The notes: a model not told the origin generated them from the sequence alone. Numbered from the stretch's first letter, positions 32,546-42,515 are shown. The stretch is DNA of 64,000 nucleotides from Nitrosopumilus sp. (GCA_965197525.1 OZ240211.1:1792001-1856000), one strand, 5' to 3'. Translations and numbers: made by a program.

Positions 32546-32850
32546 AATTGTTAGAAGATTAATTACCTTGCATGTAAGTAATTGTTAAAACAATTGTTAG
32601 AAAATATTTTGTAATTATACAAACTATTAGAGAGTTGCTCAACTTACGAGTAAGAAAAAGTTAGAAATAAAATTAGTGCGTAAGTTTTGCAGTAATCCGC
32701 GCGTAAGTTTCCAAGCTAGGATCTAGTTTTAACTTCTAACAAATTAGAACTTTCTCACAATTACTAAATTTGTTAATTTTCTAACTTTTTGGAATATGTT
32801 AGATTGATCAGAAATCATGTATATTGATTTATGTACAATTCTAACTTTTT
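32546..32850. repeat. Dyad-symmetric array of six TTCTAAC motifs
   Basis: Minus-strand copies at 32550, 32596, 32660; plus-strand copies at 32734, 32779, 32839; central GCGTAAGTTT x2 (32678, 32701). Confidence 0.75.
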
Positions 32851-33086
32851 ATCTATAGTAATCAAATCAATTTTGTAATTGTAAACGTCACTAATTCCTA
32901 TCTGATTATTATACCATGTCTGAAAAACCTAATTTTCACCCTTTATAATATGGATACTTCTTTCACAATTTGTAACAACACCTGACACAAAAATCTTCAT
33001 AATCTGGACATTCCTCATATGTAAGGATTAATTTTTCTTCTGCACTGGAACATAAATTTCAATAACACTATTTATCCTATCATGCA

Positions 33087-33749
33087 TTATTTTTCTTCTA
33101 CTCGGTAATCTATTCTTTTTATCACGTTTACCACAAAGTCAAAATTCTGAATCAATGTTTGATCTTTTTCTGGATGAAGATTCTTTTTTATTTCCTCTAT
33201 GCCGCACTCGACTAGCAGACTTGCTATATCTCTATAATATTTTTTGTACTTGTCTCTGTACTGATCGTCACTATCTTCTTTGGATTTTTTGTATGTGACA
33301 CGTCTACCAAGATCTTGACGTATTATTCCCTGTGGATGAAATGCAAATATAGAATCTAATAGTTTTTTCATCATATCCAAATTAAAGATATCTGTGGCAA
33401 GTTCTCTTTGAAGATTCTTAAACTGTTGTAATACGTACTCCTCTCCTATGAGATTGAAACTTAGAGTAGATCTTACTATATCTGAATTCAGATCCGTGTA
33501 TTTCTCTCTTATGTATTTTGTATTCTGATCTGTGGATTTGTCTGGAGTAATGTTGGATATTTTGATTACTTCCGATAACAACATAAATGCATCCATAGTG
33601 TTTGTTATCTTGCTTCTGATATCCTTTTTTGCCTTGGATAACCTCTTAGTCTCTGTCTTTGACTTGTATTTTACTCCAAATTGTTGGTTATAATGACCCT
33701 TGAGAAAATCTAATATCTTTTTTTCAAATTGACTGGGTTCATCACTCAT
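33087..33749 (-). CDS. Hypothetical protein (first ORF inside the island)
   Basis: 220-aa Lys-rich ORF, no recognised motif. Confidence 0.65.
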   Translation of the reverse strand: MSDEPSQFEKKILDFLKGHYNQQFGVKYKSKTETKRLSKAKKDIRSKITNTMDAFMLLSEVIKISNITPDKSTDQNTKYIREKYTDLNSDIVRSTLSFNLIGEEYVLQQFKNLQRELATDIFNLDMMKKLLDSIFAFHPQGIIRQDLGRRVTYKKSKEDSDDQYRDKYKKYYRDIASLLVECGIEEIKKNLHPEKDQTLIQNFDFVVNVIKRIDYRVEEK

Positions 33750-34018
33750 GATTAATATTGGTCGAACTATCTTAAAAATCTACTATATATAACGAGACAT
33801 TATATTTTACAGAGCATAGTTTGGATTTGCATTGTTAAATCTTTGATTGTTTTCAACCATCTGTTAAATTAAATTGATAAAATTTTCACTCTGGTACATC
33901 TTCGAGGAATTTCGTCAAATTGAAACTACTGTTACATTTGAGTGTCAATGTGTTACTTTAGAGGGATGATTTACATGCTTTTGACATGTGTTTTATATGC
34001 TTAAATCCTACATTTCTA

Positions 34019-34835
34019 ATGGGTAACATGGGTGAAAATCTTCCAATCCGTATTCATCAAACTTTGGTGAATCTTTTGGGAATGTACACATATGATGATG
34101 AAGTGCTGATACTTGAATCTGTTGCCAACGGAATTGACGCAAAAGCTTCTGAAATAAAAATAAATTTCCATAAAGAAGAAAGTAACAATTTCATAGATAT
34201 ACACAATAATGGAGATCCCATGTCCAAATCGGATTTTGCAAATTATCATACGATTTCACTATCCAGTAAAAAAAGGACAGCCGATCGGTTTTGCTGGTGT
34301 GGGAGCAAAAATATTTTTAGGTTCACCACATGGCAAAGAGATAATTACAATTACAGGGGATGGTAAGAACTTCTTTCTTTCGAGAATGTATAGGAATAAA
34401 AGTGATGTTAAATATGAAACGAGTTTGAAAAATTTAAAAACCGACGACGGAAAACTGGTGCCAAAAAACTATAGACAGTTAAAAGGAACTACATACAAGG
34501 TTAAGTTACCAGTTCTAATTTTGAATCATTTACAAGAATACATTGTAGACATAATCCAATTTTGGTTTAATCAAGGAATACTGACAAATAAGTTATCAAT
34601 CAGCGTAGACGGTAAAAAAATAAATGCATGGGAGCCGGTAGGATAGAAGTTCAAAAGAACACTAAAACACAAATCCCATGAAATACCATGTTACTTTTAT
34701 ATATGTAAGGAACCAATTATGGAAGACCGCCGACACCTGACGTCAGATTTGGAGTACGTTTTGGTTAGATGCATATGCAGATTGTTTAAAATGTGGGTCA
34801 GATATGGACTCTTGTACGTGTTATACTTGATTTAA
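34019..34835 (+). pseudogene. GHKL (Hsp90/MORC-like) ATPase pseudogene
   Basis: ESVANGIDA, NNGDPM, GFAGVGAK motifs split by a frameshift at A7 (34268-34274); in-frame TAG at 34644-46; truncated. Confidence 0.8.
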
Positions 34836-34965
34836 TCATCCGTATCTAATCGAGGTCGTATTTTGTTTATCTCATCCTTCATGTTTTGTGGGAGTTGTTC
34901 GTATTTTATCGCACCAAACTGTAAAGCCATTAGAACCTGGTGAGCATTTAGTGTCTTGAACTCGG

Positions 34966-35202
34966 CGCAATTTCAAAATATTACAGAACAATCAGGTTTA
35001 ATCTTGATCTATTTAAATATCTGTACAGATCTACTCCGAAGATCCTAACGAACTTTGTCTCGTAGATATGCTATTCAGCGTTTACTGTCATGTGCAACGC
35101 AATTTCAAAATATTACAGAACAATCAGGTTTAATCTTGATCTATTTAAATATCTGTACAGATCTCCTTCGAAGATCCTAACGAACTTTGTCTCGTAGCTA
35201 TA
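34966..35202 (+). mobile_element. Two tandem IS630 right-end remnants
   Basis: Both copies match the 3' end of the 11692-12790 element (...GAAGATCCTAACGAACTTTGTCTCGTAG); second ends TAGCTA-TA. Confidence 0.9.
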
Positions 35203-35455
35203 CATTGTTCATGAAATAAATCAGACATGCTATTTACAAAGATGCGCTTGGGTTTCTTCCAAGTTAGAGGTAGTCTTATGTCATCGGGATGTTCTATGAA
35301 TTGAAAGTTGTTCTTGTATTTTGATATGCCCTGGCTTGTAATTGCTTTGATAGTTTTTCAGCATAGCAATTTTTACAACCTAGGGATACTGTAGTGCATC
35401 CTGTTGTAGGATTCCATGTTGCATTGGTTCATTCAATAGAAGAAATATTTGCCAT
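35203..35455 (-). pseudogene. DUF5131 (phage Gp37/Gp68, radical-SAM-like) pseudogene
   Basis: [32 protein letters not shown]...WKKPKRIFVNSMSDLFHE; Trp-to-stop, frameshift, cut at the IS630 TA. Confidence 0.85.
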
Positions 35456-35528
35456 GTTCTTATTAGATCTGCATCTTACTAAAACCATTCATTAAACAAT
35501 ATATCTTGGAATTTATGGTATTTGGTAG

Positions 35529-36179
35529 ATGGTTGAATTAATTAATAAAATAATGATTGTGGGGATAATTTCTGCAGTAATTATTATTGGCATGATGTCT
35601 TCTACAATAAACACATCTTTGTTTGATGATTCTTTAACTTGGGCAGCACTCATAATTTCAATATCTGCCGGAGTGATCATAACCCTAATTGTAGATAAAA
35701 AATCTTCAGATTCACATAATGAAGTAGTTGGTGCACAGAATGAAATTTCTAATCTTTTAGCACGTTTAGATGAAACTGATCAAAAACATGATGAAGCATT
35801 ATCTAAATTAAATCAAAGTAGAATAAAAAATGAAGAATTAGCAAAAAATTCAGTACTTTCGTCTTTATGCTATATCGAATCTATGTTTGATAAATTAATT
35901 TCAGCTTTAAAGAATAATCCCTTAACGGGTAAAGACATGAAATTAATTGTAAATGTGCTAGATCATTTAGAATCTCCCTTAAACATAATTGAACAAGCTA
36001 TACCACAAAGTAGTATTGAATTTAAGAGACATGGAACGGAAATACAAGATATAACTATGCTTATTCGAAGATTAATTATTGCGTCAGTAGCAGTATCTGA
36101 TGAGGAAGCAAAGAGAACATTTACTTTGATAGAAAAAACTCATCCAAAATTGAAGGCATTGATTCATAAAATCTCTTAA
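35529..36179 (+). CDS. Membrane protein with two N-terminal TM segments and coiled coil
   Basis: Hydrophobic stretches near aa 8-28 and 38-56; converges on the ASCH gene with 4-nt overlap. Confidence 0.7.
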   Translation: MVELINKIMIVGIISAVIIIGMMSSTINTSLFDDSLTWAALIISISAGVIITLIVDKKSSDSHNEVVGAQNEISNLLARLDETDQKHDEALSKLNQSRIKNEELAKNSVLSSLCYIESMFDKLISALKNNPLTGKDMKLIVNVLDHLESPLNIIEQAIPQSSIEFKRHGTEIQDITMLIRRLIIASVAVSDEEAKRTFTLIEKTHPKLKALIHKIS

Positions 36180-36562
36180 AGATAATAGTTTATTTTCCCT
36201 TTCATGTATTGCTGCAAAGAAATAACATTTTTTACCCACACTTGTGCCCCTTGAGGATGAAAATACCGTTTTGGACGAACAAATTTCTCAGTAACTTCCA
36301 CTTCCCAGACATAAGTTGAAAAAGAATCATCCAAACCATCTAAATTGGAATTATGCAGATGAACAGTTTTTTTTAATTCATCTACATCAAACGGACCTAA
36401 ATTTTTTTTAATTTTGATCTTGCCCAACATGTTTCCTTGGCTTAAAAGGAGAATTGTATTTCCTATTTTTGATTTTGGTACGGGTTTACTTCTTAATTCC
36501 CATCGTTTATTTCCGTCTATTATAAGATCTGCAAAAGGAGATTTTACAATTAATCCGTCCAT
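36176..36562 (-). CDS. ASCH-domain protein
   Basis: LIVKSPFADLIIDGNKRWELRS (GxKxxExR), G.I.I, YVWEV, GAQVW motifs. Confidence 0.88.
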   Translation of the reverse strand: MDGLIVKSPFADLIIDGNKRWELRSKPVPKSKIGNTILLLSQGNMLGKIKIKKNLGPFDVDELKKTVHLHNSNLDGLDDSFSTYVWEVEVTEKFVRPKRYFHPQGAQVWVKNVISLQQYMKGKINYYL

Positions 36563-36565
36563 ATA

Positions 36566-37816
36566 TCATCCACTTTTATAATTCTTAATTTTTCTTTCTA
36601 ACGAACTAACTCTATTTTCGATTACGTCCTTGTCTATAATTGTCAAATCATTCCTAGCTAACTGGGCTAATGTAGATTTTCCTTCATTGTTATCTAGATA
36701 TTTTTTCAATCCTACAAACATATCTAAAGAGTGCTTCATTAGTACTTGATGTCTTTTGGTTAAATTCCTATAATCTGTTTTTTCTAATGAGATAGGAGAT
36801 AAGTCAGGATGAATCAAATGTTTCCAAAATTCCAAACAATTTATTAATATTCTAACTTTTTCTTTCCTTCTTATTTTTAACTTAGTTTCTGAGGATTCCA
36901 ACACATTAAACTCATAACACTTGTTGAGATTTTCACCTTCATTAATTGCATACAACGATAAAATCCTTACAAAACATGCCATGCAGATACCACACATTTT
37001 TGAAATCCCTTGAGACGTAGAACAGGACCATGTATATTGAATTAGTTTAGGTTCTTTGCTTGCTAAAATCACTTCCGATTTAGTTAATTCACTAAATGGC
37101 ATTTCAATTTGGAATTTTTTACCTGAAATTTCTTCAAAAATCCTTGTCCATTCTGAAATCATGTACGGATCTGTCGTTCGTGTAGGAGAAACTAACATTG
37201 AAACTGGATAATTTATCATGAAAGGTCCGTTTTCTGGTATTATTACTCGTTTGATGTCATATTCTGCTGCCATACACAGTAAGTTTGTGAGAAATGTTAC
37301 GCCCCTAACATGCAACAAAGGGATGTCTACAGTACGTTCTAACCCTAAATCAGTTTCAACTTTTGCGTGGTTATGTGGTATGCAATTTTGATAAACTGTT
37401 CTTGCAACTCCTTGCATTCTGTTACTGGTTATGGTGTGATTCAACAATCCACATTTGGTTCTATTTTGTTGTAACAATGGAAAAGATGAACTGTCAAGAC
37501 CGCCTGAGTAGAGACTCACAAAATCAAATGTAGCATCGCCAGGAAAACGTGTTTGTATTCCTGTTTTTGTTCTTTGTGAAAACTTAATTTTTATGACTCT
37601 GTCAGTCATAGTTTCATAAAATAACATTATATCGTCTAATTTTACATTAAATCGTTCAGGATCTGTAACTTTGATTTCAATTTCAGTGGAAAGGTGTTGT
37701 CTTGCTTCTGCAAGATGCACTCCAATTAGCAATTGTTGAAAATCTAAATATTCATCAGAAATTTTAAAATGTGCTTGATTTTGCCCGAATGTATTTTTTG
37801 GGGAAGTGTTAGTCAT
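36566..37816 (-). CDS. QueC-family PP-loop enzyme of the QatC/Cap9-like (defence) type
   Basis: SLYSGGLDS, PENGPFMINYP...TRTTDP, TKSEVI, WSCS...CGICMACFVR; N- and C-terminal extensions beyond tRNA-pathway QueC. Confidence 0.88.
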   Translation of the reverse strand: MTNTSPKNTFGQNQAHFKISDEYLDFQQLLIGVHLAEARQHLSTEIEIKVTDPERFNVKLDDIMLFYETMTDRVIKIKFSQRTKTGIQTRFPGDATFDFVSLYSGGLDSSSFPLLQQNRTKCGLLNHTITSNRMQGVARTVYQNCIPHNHAKVETDLGLERTVDIPLLHVRGVTFLTNLLCMAAEYDIKRVIIPENGPFMINYPVSMLVSPTRTTDPYMISEWTRIFEEISGKKFQIEMPFSELTKSEVILASKEPKLIQYTWSCSTSQGISKMCGICMACFVRILSLYAINEGENLNKCYEFNVLESSETKLKIRRKEKVRILINCLEFWKHLIHPDLSPISLEKTDYRNLTKRHQVLMKHSLDMFVGLKKYLDNNEGKSTLAQLARNDLTIIDKDVIENRVSSLERKIKNYKSG

Positions 37817-38122
37817 TTATATCACTTCATCTCCAATTTCGTTTTCAAGTTCTGATAAAAGAGAATCTCCAAAATCTTTATTTTGGCTAGAATTGATAAT
37901 TGTTTTTAGTTCTTCTATTGTTTTATTTTTAATCTCTCTTACTATTTTCCTAGCTGATTGCGCAGCATTGTGTTCCGCTTCTCTAAGTAACAGATCCCGT
38001 TGTTTTCTAACTTCGGGTTTTTCAATTTCTGTTAACGACGCTTCGATTTCTAATTTATAAGCTGAATAAAATGTATTTTTATATAACTTAAAAAAATATT
38101 CCTGCTGATCTATTGTCAGCAT
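37817..38122 (-). CDS. Small helical hypothetical protein, translationally coupled
   Basis: TAATG overlap with upstream gene; stop abuts the QueC start. Confidence 0.75.
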   Translation of the reverse strand: MLTIDQQEYFFKLYKNTFYSAYKLEIEASLTEIEKPEVRKQRDLLLREAEHNAAQSARKIVREIKNKTIEELKTIINSSQNKDFGDSLLSELENEIGDEVI

Positions 38123-38475
38123 TAGTTTTCACCTCTATCAGATAATGTGTTGTAAAGTGCTTGACGAATGGAGTCTTTTCCAGCTAATGTTAGGTTTTTC
38201 TTAATATCACTAGGTATTTTTGAAACTGCATTACCAGAAATTTTTTTGATTGATTGTTCAGTAGTTGTTTTTGGAGATCTGTACGCAGAAATACCTGCTG
38301 CCAAAATACCGGTAATATAATCAGAACCGCCACTTTCTCTTACAGCTTTAGAAACTGTATATGCTGCTTTTTTATAATCGCCTTTGCTTATGTGGCTATC
38401 AAGTTCTTTTTTGAATTTTCTAGTTCGAACTTTCGTCCCTCGTCTGGTTAATTTTCTGCTAGGTTGGGTCCCCAT
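38122..38475 (-). CDS. Basic hypothetical protein starting MGTQPS (QatB-like candidate substrate)
   Basis: Start reassigned from 38520 to ATG 38475, 28 nt below a TTATATA box; 117 aa. Confidence 0.65.
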   Translation of the reverse strand: MGTQPSRKLTRRGTKVRTRKFKKELDSHISKGDYKKAAYTVSKAVRESGGSDYITGILAAGISAYRSPKTTTEQSIKKISGNAVSKIPSDIKKNLTLAGKDSIRQALYNTLSDRGEN

Positions 38476-38501
38476 AACTTTAATTAAAAACATGCATAAA
38501 A

Positions 38502-38510
38502 ATATATAAG
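38502..38510 (-). promoter_or_regulatory. TATA box of the QueC-ASCH operon
   Basis: CTTATATAT on the minus strand at leaderless-promoter distance from ATG 38475. Confidence 0.6.
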
Positions 38511-38876
38511 TTTTCAACACATCTTGGGATTGTGGAGGGCAGTATGATGAAAAACACTATTGTATCTACTTGTTATATTATAACATACAGAGATTCGGCG
38601 TTAGGCTCAATTGCATAACAGCCTCATTACAAATTCCACTTAAATATCATATTATCTATAGAATATAAAGAGGAGACAATATGGGGAAATAGATCTTGAA
38701 TAGCGAAAATGTCAAAATCACTGTCAGTACGCCATTATTCGGCCTTGAAAATTATTCACATATTGAAAGAATTTTCAAAGTTGAAGCAGAAGAAGAGCCC
38801 TCTTCCAAGTTTCGTTTTCAAGAAACAACGTGTATTGAGAACAATCTGATTGTTTTGGCAGAGCAAAATTAATTCG

Positions 38877-40043
38877 TTAAATTTCTTTCCACATCATTTT
38901 TTCATTATGAAGATCTATTGCATCAACTGGCATACTATTGTTTAGTTGATCAACAATCATAGTTCCTACTTGACTAGCTATATTTTGTTGCATTTGTTGT
39001 AATATTTGTTGAATTTGTACAGGTACACTTTGGACTAGAATGTCGGGTGGAAGTTGGATTGGAACATTGATGTTGAGGTTAAGCTGTGGCGGAGCCCGTC
39101 TAATTTTTTTCAACTGAAGTGGTCCGGAATATTCATGGCATTTGTTTACTGACTCTATACATGCAATAATTGCATTCTTCTCTGTATATTCCTCATGATC
39201 GTCGTTATCAAAATAAGCCAAAGGATTTGCAAATGAGTTAAGTTGTAAATCCTCTTCATACTGTAAGAATAAATCCCAGCATAGTTTTTCTAACTCTTTG
39301 TCCATATCCTCAACTTGTAATCCTATCTGTTTTGCTTCATGTCTTCCAATAGAATGACCGTGAATGAATGTTCGTTCAGTTAACGTTGCTATTATTTCTT
39401 GAATCTTCGTTGTAGTTAATGCAGGTTCTACTTGAGAAAGCATTTTTTTTGCAACTGCTCTAATATGGGAATGTACACGATTCACTTGACCCAGTGTAGG
39501 AGGGCTCAATGTATCTGTAAGGGATTTTGTTAATGACGCTAATGCATTTTGATCCGTAATCCCAACTTTATCCTTTATGAAAGATATGTATGATGATACA
39601 TCTTCTGTACTCATTGGTTTCATAACAGGACTTGTTCCAGGTGGTCCTTTTCCTTTTTGCTCTTCAATCATTTGTGGATCGATTGGACCCAGTTCTCCTT
39701 TCCTACTCATTACAATCTTGTCTGCACCTAATGCAGTTAAGGTGGTAGCACTGAATGCTTTATAGGGAATCAATACGTTCAAACTTTCACAATATTCTCT
39801 TAGTATGCTAATAATTGGCCATGGGGTATCCAAATTACCGCCTAGTGAGTAGAGATAGAAATCAATTTTTTTAATTTTCTCATCACTGTTCATATTTTTT
39901 AGATGTTCGTAAAGCCATCTAATGGAATCACCTGCGATTCTAGCATTTAAAATAGGTCTATCCCCTACAAAATACACTAGAACTTTCGAATCACGATGTG
40001 ATTCTATTTTCCTTATAATCTCCTTACGTTCGGTTCTTCCCAA
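38877..40043 (-). CDS. SDH-family (DUF114) ClpP-fold serine protease
   Basis: LYSLGGN, AFSATTLTALGAD, GELGPIDPQ, FIHGHSI motifs. Confidence 0.85.
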   Translation of the reverse strand: MGRTERKEIIRKIESHRDSKVLVYFVGDRPILNARIAGDSIRWLYEHLKNMNSDEKIKKIDFYLYSLGGNLDTPWPIISILREYCESLNVLIPYKAFSATTLTALGADKIVMSRKGELGPIDPQMIEEQKGKGPPGTSPVMKPMSTEDVSSYISFIKDKVGITDQNALASLTKSLTDTLSPPTLGQVNRVHSHIRAVAKKMLSQVEPALTTTKIQEIIATLTERTFIHGHSIGRHEAKQIGLQVEDMDKELEKLCWDLFLQYEEDLQLNSFANPLAYFDNDDHEEYTEKNAIIACIESVNKCHEYSGPLQLKKIRRAPPQLNLNINVPIQLPPDILVQSVPVQIQQILQQMQQNIASQVGTMIVDQLNNSMPVDAIDLHNEKMMWKEI

Positions 40044-40200
40044 TTATAGATTTGACTTTAATACCTCTACATTAAAAATCTATAGAATTTATCAGCTAAG
40101 CGAAATGTGTTCCAAATCTGATGTTAGGTGGGTGGTTTGGGCTCTCGCATCAGATATTATTCTACCTGTATCTTAAATATCAACATGATTATGGTAAAAA

Positions 40201-40250
40201 GTTGATTCATCGCACCGATTATGATGAGGATGTTTTTACATGCGTTCAAA
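40201..40250 (+). repeat. Dispersed repeat C, also at 20702-20751
   Basis: 40/50 identical by hand count; core GAGGATGTTTTTACATGC.TTCAAA. Confidence 0.75.
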
Positions 40251-40339
40251 TTACAGGTAGTTTTTTCTCGGCTCTTGACATAACAAAACACCTCTCGACA
40301 GTTAACACGACGAATTATCTCTCAACAAGCTAACAAAAC

Positions 40340-40406
40340 CGAAACAAATACGACTTTATGTCCCTAATTTAACACCTTACTGAAAACTCCCTAATTTTTA
40401 AGTGTA
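40340..40406 (+). repeat. Dispersed intergenic repeat A, also at 51226-51294
   Basis: CGAAACAAATACGACT(T/C)TATGTCCC(T/G)AATTTAACACC...AAAACTCCC...AGTGTA. Confidence 0.85.
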
Positions 40407-40448
40407 CCAAAATGTATCAGTTATATGGATCGTTTGAAAGATTAAATC

Positions 40449-40781
40449 GTGCCCCTATCTGAAGACCAATGGGATAAAGGAGAGACAGACATCATTTCCC
40501 AATTAAAATCCGAGATACTAAACATTCTCAGATCAACAAAAGATGCGTATAATGTAAAGGAACTCATGGAGGCACTATCCAAGAATGATGTGAACCTTCC
40601 TGACGAGATTGAGGATAGTTTCAAGTCCCATGATGATGGACGATTATTAATTGACCCTCCACATCACGAAGTCGTTCTTGTGCAAGCGTTAAAGGACCTG
40701 TCCAATAATGGGATAATCCAAATCAAGAAGATCAACAATACCCAAGGCATGCCTGTTGAGTATTATAAAGAAAATAACTGA
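40449..40781 (+). CDS. Small winged-helix-like hypothetical protein
   Basis: EILNILRSTKDAYNVKELMEAL...ALKDLSNNGII pattern. Confidence 0.6.
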   Translation: MPLSEDQWDKGETDIISQLKSEILNILRSTKDAYNVKELMEALSKNDVNLPDEIEDSFKSHDDGRLLIDPPHHEVVLVQALKDLSNNGIIQIKKINNTQGMPVEYYKENN

Positions 40782-41050
40782 CTTGCACATCTGGAGAAGA
40801 TCCACATATCTCCCCTATGTTACACATAGAATTATCTCCCTAAGGTGTTACAGTTCCAAATTCAATAGGTTGTTTCATAACCTTCTCAGTTATGCCCAGA
40901 CGGTTGGTAGGTGGCAGGTATTTTGCGTATGTGATTTAGAGTTATGAAACACACTAAAGTTCAGAAAATCCTTAAAAAGAGCGTACATAGATAACCTACT
41001 GCGTATCCGACTAATGAAGACTTATTAACAGCTTTTAAGAGTTTAGATTA

Positions 41051-41434
41051 TTGCTTTCAGATACAACTCAATCAAGTAAGAATTATAGAATTAAAGCAAA
41101 TCAAACACACAACGCTGATTGGAAGCGGGCAATAAAATTTGTCGCAAATATTGATGAAAAAATGCCGATTGCAAGCTCTCAAATTTTAGATCTGTCAGAA
41201 CATAATAGTACATTCGCTTTTGCTACCGAACTACATGTAAATTTTCTGACTTCAGCGATGCCGAAAATTGAAAAACCTCCAGTATATGTCGAATATTCTA
41301 ACAACCAAGAACATCTAATTTATAAAACCAAACAAATGATAATAGGAGAATTGTACCATATAACATGGAAAGGGCAAGAAATTGCATTACGAAAAACTGA
41401 AAAAGGTGAAGTTCAAATTCTAGAGTTGATTTGA
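41051..41434 (+). CDS. Hypothetical protein
   Basis: 127 aa, TTG start, first of three coupled ORFs. Confidence 0.55.
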   Translation: MLSDTTQSSKNYRIKANQTHNADWKRAIKFVANIDEKMPIASSQILDLSEHNSTFAFATELHVNFLTSAMPKIEKPPVYVEYSNNQEHLIYKTKQMIIGELYHITWKGQEIALRKTEKGEVQILELI

Positions 41435-41640
41435 TAGAAATGGTAAACATAGAAGCAGGCATAAATGCAAAAGTAGTCGGTGGAAAGTTTAAAGTAGTAA
41501 GTAGTTATCCTGCAAATTTACTTCCATGTAACTCTCTTGTCGACAAAATAAAATTGAAGAAAGAAAAAACAGTTGTAGTAGTAGTACATACAGATGATCA
41601 TGGCGAAACATCAATTACTGAAAAAAAGATCGGTGAATAA
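41431..41640 (+). CDS. Small hypothetical protein
   Basis: Overlapping start/stop with both neighbours. Confidence 0.5.
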   Translation: MIEMVNIEAGINAKVVGGKFKVVSSYPANLLPCNSLVDKIKLKKEKTVVVVVHTDDHGETSITEKKIGE

Positions 41641-42097
41641 CATGCATGTTAAAGATTTAGCTGAAGATTTTAGAAAAATGGGATATACTCCGTTTACTGT
41701 TAAAATTGAAAGACCTAATTTTTATCGACTAAGTGACGGTTCAATATTAAAACTATATTCCATACTCAATGGGATTGAGCTTGATCAAGCTAAACTAGAG
41801 GCTATCAGTATCAATGCGCAAAGCATTGTAACTGCATTTATTCCAAAAAATCTTAGAAAACAGCCATCGAATATTGTATACACACAAAAGGATTACATCA
41901 AACATATGGATGAGGAAGACATGGCGTTTGATGTGATTTTTGAAGATTTTAACCAATATGATTTAGATGGAAAATTCATTTTGAGCCTTAAGACAACTTT
42001 GTCACAAGTTAGTCGTACGAAACTATACAATATACGAGGAGAGCCTATTTATCTGACAAATACTGCCGCTATACCAAAAATTATAAATAAAAAGTAG
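41641..42097 (+). CDS. Hypothetical protein with internal two-fold repeat
   Basis: ERPNFYRLSDGSILKL and EDFNQYDLDGKFILSL; probable ATG at 41641. Confidence 0.65.
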
Positions 42098-42152
42098 TAA
42101 AATCTCATGATTAATACATGATTTAATTTCAGCTTTTTTTAAAATACTGTTC

Positions 42153-42515
42153 GTGGAACTAAAACTTTGTGCAATAACAGGTTCTATAATTTTTGGACTG
42201 TTCCTGTTAATACCAAGTGTGAACATGCATGAACTAGGGCATGCAGTTGCTTGTGTAGGACAAGGTTTTGAGTTATTTGAAATCAATTTTCTTGCAAGTT
42301 ATGTAAGATGCTCGGATTCTGGCAATCAACTTGTCGATATTATGGGGGGTGCTACTGGAAGCATTTCCATGTTGTTATTTATATTTGAACGTGTCAAGCA
42401 CTCACATCATGCTGACGGTGACCCTTCGGGCCCAAACCATAAGGCTCTTGTCCCTTGCATCTTTTTGAGATCTTCCCATTTAGTATCGTCCATGCATCTA
42501 TGGAATAGGAGATGA
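42153..42515 (+). CDS. HExxH membrane metalloprotease-like fragment (M50-like), possibly truncated
   Basis: TM segment then HELGH and IMGGATG; C-terminus loses hydrophobic character. Confidence 0.45.
   Translation: MELKLCAITGSIIFGLFLLIPSVNMHELGHAVACVGQGFELFEINFLASYVRCSDSGNQLVDIMGGATGSISMLLFIFERVKHSHHADGDPSGPNHKALVPCIFLRSSHLVSSMHLWNRR

Noticed and set aside
36566-37816. Housekeeping queuosine/archaeosine QueC or a dpd DNA-modification cluster
   Set aside because: Extended length, ENG...TRTT motif, island location and absence of queD/queE/folE/tgt-like neighbours
36176-38475. Canonical QatABCD or type IV CBASS
   Set aside because: No KAP-family ATPase, TatD nuclease, CD-NTase or TGT in or near the operon
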